A stretch of 64,000 nt of DNA from a bacterium (GTDB lineage Bacteria; Patescibacteriota; Microgenomatia; Curtissbacterales; GWA2-41-24): the NCBI GenBank assembly GCA_021813945.1, contig JAKAJD010000001.1, forward strand, positions 206,115-270,114. The letters run 5' to 3'. Made by a program: the position numbers and the translations under genes. Positions 29,053 to 37,962 of the stretch are shown here, one piece after another. Positions within the stretch are counted from its first letter, which is position 1; every line of letters starts with the position of its first letter. Below the pieces are notes generated by a model. That model was not told the origin of the DNA and ran no database searches. It worked only from the letters and a program-made list of their open reading frames with translations.

Positions 29053-29121
29053 CCCGCACAGGATTCGAACCTGTAACCAATTGCTTAAAAGGCAACTGCT
29101 CTACCATTGAGCTAGCGGGCC
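29050..29121 (-). tRNA. tRNA-Lys (TTT)
   Basis: GGCCCGC/GCGGGTC acceptor, GTTGC-CT-TTT-AA-GCAAT, GGTTCGAATCC. Promoter TTGATG-17-TATAAT at 29144-29172. Confidence 0.95.
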
Positions 29122-29207
29122 AAACGAAGTAATCGTGTTTGATATTATATCCAAAGTAGCATTGATCATCAACCAAACTAAAAGGTAGAATTATCTAAGT
29201 CAAGCAT

Positions 29208-30164
29208 ATGAATTGGATTGATCTTGTAATTATTTTAGTTGTTTTGGCTTTTGCTATCGAAGGTCAGAGTCAAGGTTTTCTGGATCAAACATTAAATATT
29301 TTAGGGTTCGCATTTTCGCTTATTGCAGCGCTGCTATTTTATTCTTCTTTGGATAATGTATTATCAAAAGGTTTTAACTTATCACCCATAATCGCTGCTC
29401 CTATTGGATTTCTAATAATTTGGGTTGTAATAGAAACAGCATTTGCATTAATTATTAATGGTTTTCTCATAAAATATTTGCAAAAATTTGAAAAAAATAA
29501 GCTGAATCAATATTTAGGCTTTATACCCGCTATTTTTAATGCACTATTGTTTCTTTCATTTGTGCTATTGCTTTTCGTGTCTCTACCTGTAAGACCGGAT
29601 TTAAAAAACGATGTCTTTAGATCCAAAATCGGATCTTACTTAGTACAAAAAGCGATAACTTTAGAGCGCCCCTTAGACAAGGTTTTTGGACCTATTACAA
29701 AACAGTCACTGACATTTTTAACAGTTGATCCCAAAGAAAGCGGCTCCATCGACCTGCACTTTAAACAAGACCAACTGACAATAAATTACACAGACGAACG
29801 AGAGATGCTAAATCTAGTAAATAGTGAAAGGGCAAAAGTAGGAGTAGCACCCCTAACATGGAGCAATGCTTTGGCAGGTGTTGCCAGAGCTCACAGTGAG
29901 GATATGTTCAAACGTGGCTATTTTTCACACTTTTCGCCGGAAGGAAAAGACGTCGGGGACCGACTTTCGGATTCCGGCATTCCTTATACTTACGCTGGTG
30001 AAAACCTTGCACTTGCGCCAAATTTGCAAACAGCATTCCAGGGTTTAATGGGCAGTGAAGGCCACCGCCGGAATATGCTGGACCCAGCTTTTCATAAAAT
30101 AGGCATTGGCGCTGTAAACGGTGGTGTTTATGGCGAAATGTTTACACAAGTCTTTACCGAATGA
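29208..30164 (+). CDS. CvpA-family membrane domain fused to CAP/SCP domain
   Basis: MNWIDL..GF N-terminus. C-terminal LVNSER..HSEDM..YFSH..GENLA..SEGHRRN. Confidence 0.85.
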   Translation: MNWIDLVIILVVLAFAIEGQSQGFLDQTLNILGFAFSLIAALLFYSSLDNVLSKGFNLSPIIAAPIGFLIIWVVIETAFALIINGFLIKYLQKFEKNKLNQYLGFIPAIFNALLFLSFVLLLFVSLPVRPDLKNDVFRSKIGSYLVQKAITLERPLDKVFGPITKQSLTFLTVDPKESGSIDLHFKQDQLTINYTDEREMLNLVNSERAKVGVAPLTWSNALAGVARAHSEDMFKRGYFSHFSPEGKDVGDRLSDSGIPYTYAGENLALAPNLQTAFQGLMGSEGHRRNMLDPAFHKIGIGAVNGGVYGEMFTQVFTE

Positions 30165-31711
30165 CGAAAAAACTCCCAAAATCATTACAAGTTTTTCTCA
30201 TCTTAATTCTTGCCCTCTTCTTGCTTACGCGAAAAATTGATAAACCCTTTTGGGGACATCACGACTGGAATAGCGTTGTCTACAGTAATATTGCAAGAAA
30301 CTATATTAGATATGGATATATAAAAACTAAATTTGGACAGGTCACGTCTGTTGATTTACAGAAACCTGAACATTTCACATATATCACTCATTACCCGCCA
30401 TTACTCCCGATTTTGATAAGCATAAATTTTCGTATATTCGGCCAATCAGAACTTGCTGCACGATCAACGATCGTCCTTTTTTCATTAATTTTAATTTTTT
30501 TCATTTATGAAATCGGTAATGAATTAGGAGGCAAATTGATGGGATCTCTAGCTTCAATATCTCTTACATTAACTCCTATTTTCATGTATTTCGGGAAATT
30601 ACCTGTTCACGACACAATAGTTCCTGCTATATCAGCAGCAGGTTTTTGGTCGTATATAAGATATATCAAAACGAAATCAAACAAATATTATGCACTCCTT
30701 GCCATAACTATTATTATAGGGGGCTTAATAAACTGGAGCGCATATTACTTAGTTCCAGCACTTCTATTTATGCAAATTACAACTAAAGCTGGTAAACAAA
30801 TAAGAGGCAATATCTATAAACTAATGCCACTCGCTATTCTTATTTTCTTAATTCAAATAATCCACACCAATATCTTGGATAGCGCATCTACAGGTTCAAT
30901 TTTCAGTAATGTTCTCGAGAGAATAGATCCTTATCTGACATCATCTCTTTATGGCTTTGCATTTTTCAAATACATAAGGCAAGAACTTTTATACCTAAGA
31001 ATTTATTACACAATGCCGGTGTTTTTAGGTTCTGCTTTTTTTATTCTGTTGACACTTTTTAATATATTTAAAAAGCAAAGAAGGTTAAATTCGGAGCAAC
31101 TTTTTATTTACGCACTATTTATTTACGGCGCTATCCAGCTTGTTCTTTTTTCTCAACTTTCATTTATTCATGATTATATGATCTATTATCTGGCGCCTTT
31201 TATGAGTTTATCCTTTGCCTACATTGCAACAAAAATGATAGACCCTTTTAAAAAATCTCTCATATGCCCGATTCTCTTGATTGGAATATTCTACTTCATA
31301 TTTGTAAGCCAGCTGAAATTTACTAAAGCCCTCATCGCAACAGATACAAATAAAAGGGGATTTCTTGTAGGTCAGTTAATAAATAAAGAATCGCCTTCAG
31401 GATCCTTAAGTTATATAACATCAAATTCATACAAAGAGTTTCAGGAAGTATTTATCGGTTATTATTCAGACAGAAATGTATCTTACGGGGAAAGTTTACC
31501 AAGGGATTTTGAAAGTAAATACGAGCTAATCGTAAGGCCAAAAGACCATGACCCTTTGCCGGTTGAACAAAAAGAAATTTTAGATACAAGATACCTGCGT
31601 TACGAAGATAATAATTTTATCTGGTACAAAACGAAGTTTACGCGAAGCAAATTTAACGTTTCTTCTCTACGGTCTCTACAACATCTAGAAGCCACGGATT
31701 TTCATCAATAA
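30161..31711 (+). CDS. GT-C fold (ArnT/PMT-like, GT39/83) glycosyltransferase
   Basis: HHDWN, HYPPL, FGQSELAAR, multiple TMs. Confidence 0.78.
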   Translation: MTKKLPKSLQVFLILILALFLLTRKIDKPFWGHHDWNSVVYSNIARNYIRYGYIKTKFGQVTSVDLQKPEHFTYITHYPPLLPILISINFRIFGQSELAARSTIVLFSLILIFFIYEIGNELGGKLMGSLASISLTLTPIFMYFGKLPVHDTIVPAISAAGFWSYIRYIKTKSNKYYALLAITIIIGGLINWSAYYLVPALLFMQITTKAGKQIRGNIYKLMPLAILIFLIQIIHTNILDSASTGSIFSNVLERIDPYLTSSLYGFAFFKYIRQELLYLRIYYTMPVFLGSAFFILLTLFNIFKKQRRLNSEQLFIYALFIYGAIQLVLFSQLSFIHDYMIYYLAPFMSLSFAYIATKMIDPFKKSLICPILLIGIFYFIFVSQLKFTKALIATDTNKRGFLVGQLINKESPSGSLSYITSNSYKEFQEVFIGYYSDRNVSYGESLPRDFESKYELIVRPKDHDPLPVEQKEILDTRYLRYEDNNFIWYKTKFTRSKFNVSSLRSLQHLEATDFHQ

Positions 31712-31958
31712 GCTGAGCGGTTGTACGCTCTTTATAATCCGAAAGGTCCCTCCTGTAAATTCCTTTCCAGTTTCCAGTCAAACCCTCGATGCGAGCTTCC
31801 TTTATTTCAACCATGCGCCTTATATGTGCAAGATCTCTAAGTAAATTGTCGTAGGGATTATCGGTTACTTGGTGTTGTGAATTTTCGCCAGGAACCTGTC
31901 TTCGTTCTGCCTCTGCTCCCAAACCATGCTCTATAGCCTCAATGCTTATCGCAGACAC
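31653..31958 (-). CDS. hypothetical protein (ORFan)
   Basis: 101-aa ORF with tandem TATAAT boxes upstream. Overlaps the GT gene tail-to-tail by 59 bp. Confidence 0.5.
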   Translation of the reverse strand: MSAISIEAIEHGLGAEAERRQVPGENSQHQVTDNPYDNLLRDLAHIRRMVEIKEARIEGLTGNWKGIYRRDLSDYKERTTAQLIDENPWLLDVVETVEKKR

Positions 31959-31985
31959 TTATTATAGGTTAATTATATACCTTTT

Positions 31986-33266
31986 TCACGCCTTTTTCAA
32001 GAAATTTATCCTGTAGCTTTTGTCTCCAAAATAACCGGTCACTTCCGGCATTACAATTGGCATCCCCAAAAGCTGTCCAGGGAAAACAGTATAATGGCCA
32101 AAACGGCTGTTTATCCTATCAACCGACGATACTAGTCTTACACGCCTTCTCTCTTCATCAAAAAGCGGTACAGGTTGGTGTCTGCTCGCTGTAAGCATTC
32201 CAAGCGTAACTCCGCAAAAAATTATGTTTTTAGGTTGCCACTCGTCAGCAATCTGCTTACAAACCCTAAAAAGGTCTTGGCCTGTATTGATGTAACTTGC
32301 CAAGGTTTTGTGTCCATACCAGGATTTAGCCTCAGCATCGCTTTTTAAGTTCCCAGACCATTGCCTTGGCGAGGTTCTAAGACAAAACCCTACGTAACGC
32401 CCACAAAGCCTCATTGCACGGGCTTTTTCGGCGGCTTCCTCGCATAAATTTCGAGTAACTTTATAAATCTCAGATCTGCTTTCTAAAATCCTGTGTGCGG
32501 TATAAGTTCTGCCGACCGATTTGGCGTCTGGAATAGAATCAAGCCCAACTAAAGGACTGTTATCGATCCCTCTGGCAACATTATAAAGGTGTAAAGACCA
32601 ATAAGGCCCAAAATGTTTATATAAAAAGGGGAGTGATTGTTTTCGCAATTTGGCAAAATCATTTATCCCCAGGCTCGTTAAATGGCTATAAAGGCCCCAG
32701 CCGAGTCCGCAAATCTCCATCAATTTGGATTTGTCCAAAACCTCAAGCATATTATCGTGTGTAATCCAAAAAAGGCCATCAGGCTTGATTTGTTCAGAGG
32801 CAAGCTTAGCCAAAAGCTTATTGTGGGAAATTCCAACAGAACAAGTTAAATAATCACCAACTTCTCGCAGTCTCTTTTTAATATCAAATGCAATATTAAA
32901 AGCATTACCCCAGAACTTTTCAGTTTCAGTTACATCTATAAAACATTCATCCAGTGAAAAAACTTCGCAAAGCGGCGAATAACTTGAACAGATATCAATA
33001 AATTTCCGGCTTATATATTCGTATTTTGAAAAATCCGCAGGTACGAGAATAATTTCGGGGCAAAGTTTTCTAGCGTCATATGTTCTTGAACCTGTTCCAA
33101 CGCCTTTACGTTTGGCTTCAACAGAGGCCGCGATAATACAGCTTCTACCACGGGCTTTAACAACGCCAACAGGCTTCCCCCGGAGCGCAGGATTAGCTTG
33201 CTGTTCGGCCGTTGCAAAAAAGCTGTTTAAATCCGCATGGATGATAACTCGCTTGTCATTTTGCAT
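31986..33266 (-). CDS. dinB: Y-family DNA polymerase (DinB / Pol IV-like)
   Basis: HADLNSFFA, SLDECF, SVGI..NKLLAKLAS, clamp-like QPVPLF, C-terminal VDRINSRFG. Confidence 0.9.
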   Translation of the reverse strand: MQNDKRVIIHADLNSFFATAEQQANPALRGKPVGVVKARGRSCIIAASVEAKRKGVGTGSRTYDARKLCPEIILVPADFSKYEYISRKFIDICSSYSPLCEVFSLDECFIDVTETEKFWGNAFNIAFDIKKRLREVGDYLTCSVGISHNKLLAKLASEQIKPDGLFWITHDNMLEVLDKSKLMEICGLGWGLYSHLTSLGINDFAKLRKQSLPFLYKHFGPYWSLHLYNVARGIDNSPLVGLDSIPDAKSVGRTYTAHRILESRSEIYKVTRNLCEEAAEKARAMRLCGRYVGFCLRTSPRQWSGNLKSDAEAKSWYGHKTLASYINTGQDLFRVCKQIADEWQPKNIIFCGVTLGMLTASRHQPVPLFDEERRRVRLVSSVDRINSRFGHYTVFPGQLLGMPIVMPEVTGYFGDKSYRINFLKKA

Positions 33267-33276
33267 TTAAAAACGA

Positions 33277-33522
33277 TTAAACTTTCTCTGTCACCTTTTT
33301 GACCTTCCATATATAATTATTTGCATTGTATTCGAGTTCAAAATTTGCAGTATCCGAAGCGCAAACCAAATCGACCATCCGTGAATCACCAACTCGCCTA
33401 GAAGAGGAAAAAATTACCTTATCAAACTTTACAAAGCGCCGGTTCCAATTCATTGCAATAGGGAAAATTCCTTGATCAAAAAAAGCCCAAACTTTTACCT
33501 TATCATCAACCTCAGTATCCAT
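33277..33522 (-). CDS. 81-aa unknown protein, first gene of the dinB cassette
   Basis: ATG 33522 (MDTEVDD) lies 6 nt below a TTGATT-17-TATAAA promoter. Ends 10 bp before dinB. Confidence 0.75.
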   Translation of the reverse strand: MDTEVDDKVKVWAFFDQGIFPIAMNWNRRFVKFDKVIFSSSRRVGDSRMVDLVCASDTANFELEYNANNYIWKVKKVTEKV

Positions 33523-33528
33523 AATCTC

Positions 33529-33557
33529 TTTATACCCAAATAAAACCCGAAAATCAA
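33529..33557 (-). promoter_or_regulatory. sigma70 promoter with putative LexA operator (33536-33551)
   Basis: TTGATT-TTCGGGTTTTATTTGGG-TATAAA. The operator is identical to the one upstream of lexA. Confidence 0.8.
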
Positions 33558-33611
33558 GTGGCAATTTAGCTAGATCTGTAGTATTCTCTAAATCCTTAGC
33601 CAAAATTTAAA

Positions 33612-34271
33612 ATGTTTCCTATAAGAGATACTAAAAATTCCAATAAATTTCCTTTTGTAAACCTGGCAATAATAGGCACAAATATTTATGTTTTTTATCT
33701 TGAGCTGACAAACCCCGCAATCGAACAATTTATAGGCAAATACGCTCTAATACCGGCAAACATTAACTTTGCAGACATAAACACGCTATCACCGTTTGTG
33801 ACTTCGATGTTTCTGCACGCTGGGTTTTTACATATCATCTCTAACATGTGGTTTTTGTGGATTTTTGGTGACAACGTAGAAGCTAAAATTGGTCACATAA
33901 AGTACTTTACTTTTTACATATTTTGCGGAATCGTGGCAGCATTTGTGCAATATATATTTACGGCAAGCTCTAACATACCAATGCTAGGCGCATCTGGCGC
34001 GATAGCGGGTGTCCTGGGCGCTTATTTAAGGTTTTTTCCCCGCAACAAAGTTGACACGTTAATACCGGTTTTTTTCTTACCGCTTGTTATTAGTATTCCT
34101 GCGGTTTTTATGTTAGTTTACTGGTTTTTAATTCAAGCTTTTTCTACCTTTTCAGCCATAACCGAAACAGCCGGCGGCTTCGACGGCATTGCCTACAGTG
34201 CTCATATAGGAGGATTTTTAATTGGTTTTATAACAGCCCGCTATTTTGTATGGCAAAGCAGACGATTTTGA
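33612..34271 (+). CDS. rhomboid intramembrane serine protease
   Basis: SMFLHAG..H..NM, GASGAIAGV, AHIGGF. Confidence 0.92.
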   Translation: MFPIRDTKNSNKFPFVNLAIIGTNIYVFYLELTNPAIEQFIGKYALIPANINFADINTLSPFVTSMFLHAGFLHIISNMWFLWIFGDNVEAKIGHIKYFTFYIFCGIVAAFVQYIFTASSNIPMLGASGAIAGVLGAYLRFFPRNKVDTLIPVFFLPLVISIPAVFMLVYWFLIQAFSTFSAITETAGGFDGIAYSAHIGGFLIGFITARYFVWQSRRF

Positions 34272-34290
34272 CTTAGAATGAAATAAGGCA

Positions 34291-35334
34291 ATGTCACAAC
34301 CGTCGTATAGGGAATATCTTGATATCCTCAAAGGTCCAAGTACTCAAAAAAAAGTTTTCAAAAGTATCTTTCTTACTATTTTTATTGCATTGTTTCTTGT
34401 CGTTGGCACAGTAAGTTCCCTGTTCTTTTACTATAAAAAAAACATTGAGCCGCAAATAATTGCTTCGGATTTCATTCAAAGTACATCTGTTGGGTTCATT
34501 TCAACCAAGCAGTCCCTAAATGACGTGCTGGACACATTTCAAGTAGCCGGTGAAAAAGTTTCCGTAATTGATAAATTACAAAACAGTCAAAATTCCGAAG
34601 ATGGATATTTCGTGGACCTGCAAGATAAACAAAAATTACTGGAAAAGATACGCGTTGCAAAGGAAAATATCGAGTTTCAAAAAGGCCAACTTCAAAAAAC
34701 AAAATCACCGACAGAATTTAACAGCTTAACACAAGACCTTGTAAACTATTACAGCCAATCCGAAATCTTGCTTTCTCAAACGCAAAAAAATCACGAGTAT
34801 TTCAAAAACATGCTCCTAGCACTTGGGCCGGATTTCTATTTACCAATTCTTTCAAGCGACGCAGCATGGAACTCACAAGATCCTCAAAAAGTCCTTGCCT
34901 ATTACGAGGACAAAAGAACCAAAGCTCAGGATGCACTAACCAGCGTGGCTAAACTCTCACCACAGCCTGATTTTACAGATTATTATCAAGATGAAATAGC
35001 ATACTTGGAACTTTTTGCAAATCTCTCAGGCGATATAACTTCAATTCTAAAAACGCGGCAAGAGCAAAAACCGGACGAAGCACAACCTCTAGAGAAGGCA
35101 TACCAAAAGTTGATAAATGCACAATCAAAAAATAGTGTAATCGCAAGTCGTCTGCTTTCAGAAAAACAAAGGCTGCTTCTTCTAAACGAAAATCTAGACA
35201 AATTTGCGGCGGTAAGATTTCAAGGCAATTCTCTTGAATCAAGAATTAAGGAAGAAAATGCAAAATTTCAAAACGATTCAAGCCTAATTCCGACTTTGGT
35301 TAAATTCATCCATTCCCGAATCAAGACAACATGA
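34291..35334 (+). CDS. membrane-anchored helical/coiled-coil hypothetical protein
   Basis: Single N-terminal TM with a long helical remainder. Confidence 0.65.
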   Translation: MSQPSYREYLDILKGPSTQKKVFKSIFLTIFIALFLVVGTVSSLFFYYKKNIEPQIIASDFIQSTSVGFISTKQSLNDVLDTFQVAGEKVSVIDKLQNSQNSEDGYFVDLQDKQKLLEKIRVAKENIEFQKGQLQKTKSPTEFNSLTQDLVNYYSQSEILLSQTQKNHEYFKNMLLALGPDFYLPILSSDAAWNSQDPQKVLAYYEDKRTKAQDALTSVAKLSPQPDFTDYYQDEIAYLELFANLSGDITSILKTRQEQKPDEAQPLEKAYQKLINAQSKNSVIASRLLSEKQRLLLLNENLDKFAAVRFQGNSLESRIKEENAKFQNDSSLIPTLVKFIHSRIKTT

Positions 35335-35396
35335 AATTTGGTCCTTTACAATTGGCCTGTTAAATTTGTTAAAATTACATAAAGGAGGCTAATTTT

Positions 35397-35633
35397 ATGG
35401 ATCCCAACGACCAGAACCAAATGCCACCGGCAGACGGTGATAATGGCCAGGCACCAACTCCTCCGGCTCCGGAACCAACACCAACTCCGGCTCCGGAAGA
35501 ACCAGCTCAGGGTGGAATGGATGTTCCTCCAGCACCACCAGCAGGTGAAGATCAAGGTCTTCCAGTCCCGCCACCAGCAGGCGAGCCTGAAGTTCCTTCA
35601 GAAACACCTGCTCCTGAAACTCCTCAACAGTAA
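35397..35633 (+). CDS. small Pro/acid-rich disordered protein
   Basis: TGtTAAAAT extended -10, SD AAGGAGG at 35382-35388, 78 aa. Confidence 0.7.
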   Translation: MDPNDQNQMPPADGDNGQAPTPPAPEPTPTPAPEEPAQGGMDVPPAPPAGEDQGLPVPPPAGEPEVPSETPAPETPQQ

Positions 35634-35689
35634 GGCTTTAGCCTTCTTAAAAATGGGGCAGCTAAAGTTCCTTTCAGAAGGGAGCATGG

Positions 35690-36358
35690 TTGACGTTAAA
35701 AAAATTTAAAACAGCTTTAAAAAGTTCGGTTGTTATTGGAGTGGTCGTATTCTATGGTTTGGCCGCGTTTATTGTCGGTAGATATACTTCGTCAAAAACT
35801 CCCGAGCAAGTAAAAGGGGTTAGAACTGAATCGACCGGTGACCAGATAGAGAAACCACAGCCTTACACAGACATTCAAAGCGGGTCGGTCATAGCCTCAA
35901 GTGTAAATTTTTGCTCAAACACAGTCTATTCTTTCCAACTCGCCTATCCTAAAGACTGGTTTACGACTTATAACAATAAGTATCAGGAGTGTACCTTTTT
36001 TGCACCGTTTTCCTTTGTTGTTCCAGGCTACCTAGAACATGATATTGTGCCCATAACAGTTGTTCCAGTTGCTCCAGCAGACTGGCAAACCACAGTCAAA
36101 CTCTATGAAAACCCCAACGATTACCAAAATGTTACATCCACAAAAAACGTTGAGATAAATGGAAGATCAACAGAAATAATCGACTCAACTTCAACGGGAA
36201 ATGGTTTTGTACCATTAGGTTTAGTTAAAAAAAGCTACCTTATATTTGATGGAAGAATGCCGCTTGTTATCTATTACCAGCAGCTGAATTCAAATGAAGA
36301 CGTTTTACGAACAGAAAAAGTTTTAGAAGAAACAGTAAGCAGCCTCAAATATTTTTAG
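35690..36358 (+). CDS. membrane-anchored extracytoplasmic protein (PsbP-like fold possible)
   Basis: N-terminal TM, YSFQLAYPKDW motif, ends in SSLKYF. Confidence 0.6.
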   Translation: MTLKKFKTALKSSVVIGVVVFYGLAAFIVGRYTSSKTPEQVKGVRTESTGDQIEKPQPYTDIQSGSVIASSVNFCSNTVYSFQLAYPKDWFTTYNNKYQECTFFAPFSFVVPGYLEHDIVPITVVPVAPADWQTTVKLYENPNDYQNVTSTKNVEINGRSTEIIDSTSTGNGFVPLGLVKKSYLIFDGRMPLVIYYQQLNSNEDVLRTEKVLEETVSSLKYF

Positions 36359-36360
36359 AT

Positions 36361-36418
36361 AAAGAAAAGGCCTCTCTTGCGAGAAGCCCTTTCGAGTTGC
36401 CTATCTTGCGATAAGCAC
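36361..36418 (-). ncRNA. candidate small RNA with two GCAA-tetraloop hairpins
   Basis: Promoter TTGACA-17-TATAAA (36423-36451), stems of 8 and 13 bp, and a terminal U-tract. Confidence 0.6.
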
Positions 36419-36489
36419 ACATTTTATACATCTTGAAAAAAATCATGTCAAGGGATCAAAATGAGGCTAAATGCTATACTAGCTGAGTT

Positions 36490-37755
36490 ATGAAAATCCA
36501 AGAAGGTCAAGAAATTTATACCATTGCCGAGGTTAATCAGTCCGCAAAGCTTCTTTTGGAAGAGATGATCTTGTGGGTAGAGGGCGAAATTTCCCAAGTG
36601 CAAAAAGACCCAAAATGGTTCAACACTTTTATAACCTTAAAGGATGAAGGCAATGTGCTTGCTTGTTTTATGGAATCCGCTAGATTTTCGGCTCTCCCCG
36701 AAATAAAAGTTGGTGACAAAATAATAGCTTTCGGTAATCTAACCCTTTTCAAAAAAAATGAATATAAATTCAAAATAATAACAATCAAGCAAAACGGCGA
36801 TGGTGTTTTGCAACAGCAATTTCAAAAACTTTACGAAAAGCTTAAAAAAGAAGGCCTTTTCGAAGAAAGCAGAAAGAAAGATCTCCCAAAATATCCAAAA
36901 AAAATTTGTGTTGTGACGTCAATGGGCTCCGCCGGTTGGCACGATTTCAAAACCATAAGTGCCGATAAATACCCGCTTATAGAACTTTTTACTTTTGACA
37001 CAACAGTTAGCGGCCCTAAAGCAATAGGCCAACTTGTCAAAAAGTTGCCAATAGTCGACACAAAAGGCTTTGATGTTATCGCAATAACCAGAGGCGGCGG
37101 AGATGAAGCTTCACTTCTCGAGGTCTTTAACGACGAGCAAGTAGTCAGAACAATATCAAAGATGAAAACGCCAACAGTTGTAGCAATTGGCCACGAAATC
37201 AATATTACACTGTCAGAGCTTGCAGCCGACAAAAGAGCTTCAACTCCTACAGATGCCGCGAATATTATTGTCCAATCATATTCAAATCTTGAAGAAAAAT
37301 TAGAGAATATTAACTTTTATCTAAATTCAAAATTTAAAAGGGTATTGTCGGAAAATCAGCAAGTGCTCGATTCATTCTATTTAAGATTTACCCAAACAAA
37401 AGTCTCATTCAGGGAATTGCCGCACAGACTAAAAGCTGCAGAAAGCTATCTGGAAAACAGCAAAAAGCGCTTGATAATTGACGGTCAGGATAAAACGCAG
37501 CAAATCAAAGACCAGATGTTTAAAAACGCATATTTTTTAATGCAGACAAAAGGGCAAGCAGAAAAGTCACTATACAAATCTCTTGAAATCCTATCACCAC
37601 AAAACACCCTTGAGCGAGGTTACTCAATAACTTACAACGAAAACGGCCAAATTGTAACGTCAGTAAACCTCGTTGAGCCTCAAAGTACAATTGATGTAAA
37701 ATTACGTGACGGAAAAATAAAAGCCAAAGTAAAATCGAAATACAAAAATGACTAA
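36490..37755 (+). CDS. xseA: exodeoxyribonuclease VII large subunit
   Basis: WVEGEIS, EGLF, RGGG, AIGHE, STPT, LERGYS. Confidence 0.92.
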   Translation: MKIQEGQEIYTIAEVNQSAKLLLEEMILWVEGEISQVQKDPKWFNTFITLKDEGNVLACFMESARFSALPEIKVGDKIIAFGNLTLFKKNEYKFKIITIKQNGDGVLQQQFQKLYEKLKKEGLFEESRKKDLPKYPKKICVVTSMGSAGWHDFKTISADKYPLIELFTFDTTVSGPKAIGQLVKKLPIVDTKGFDVIAITRGGGDEASLLEVFNDEQVVRTISKMKTPTVVAIGHEINITLSELAADKRASTPTDAANIIVQSYSNLEEKLENINFYLNSKFKRVLSENQQVLDSFYLRFTQTKVSFRELPHRLKAAESYLENSKKRLIIDGQDKTQQIKDQMFKNAYFLMQTKGQAEKSLYKSLEILSPQNTLERGYSITYNENGQIVTSVNLVEPQSTIDVKLRDGKIKAKVKSKYKND

Positions 37756-37957
37756 AAAACAGCAGGAGATAAATTTTTCTGGAGCTTTAGTAAGGTTAGA
37801 AGAAATTGTCTCAAAGCTTGAAGATCCGAATTTGGATTTAGAAAAAGGCTTAGAGCTTCTTGAAGAAGGTGTCAGGTTGCATAAACTCTGCCGCACAAAA
37901 CTAAAACAAGCGAATGAAAAGATCACCAAAATCCTGGAAGACGATAAAGATATTTAA
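37748..37957 (+). CDS. xseB: exodeoxyribonuclease VII small subunit
   Basis: F..AL.RLEEIVSKLE..LE..EEGV.L..C..L..A. Confidence 0.9.
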   Translation: MTKKQQEINFSGALVRLEEIVSKLEDPNLDLEKGLELLEEGVRLHKLCRTKLKQANEKITKILEDDKDI

Positions 37958-37962
37958 AAAAA

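Noticed and set aside
33523-33603. N-terminal extension of the 108-aa ORF in the track
   Set aside because: It covers the -35/operator/-10 region. ATG 33522 fits the promoter geometry better.
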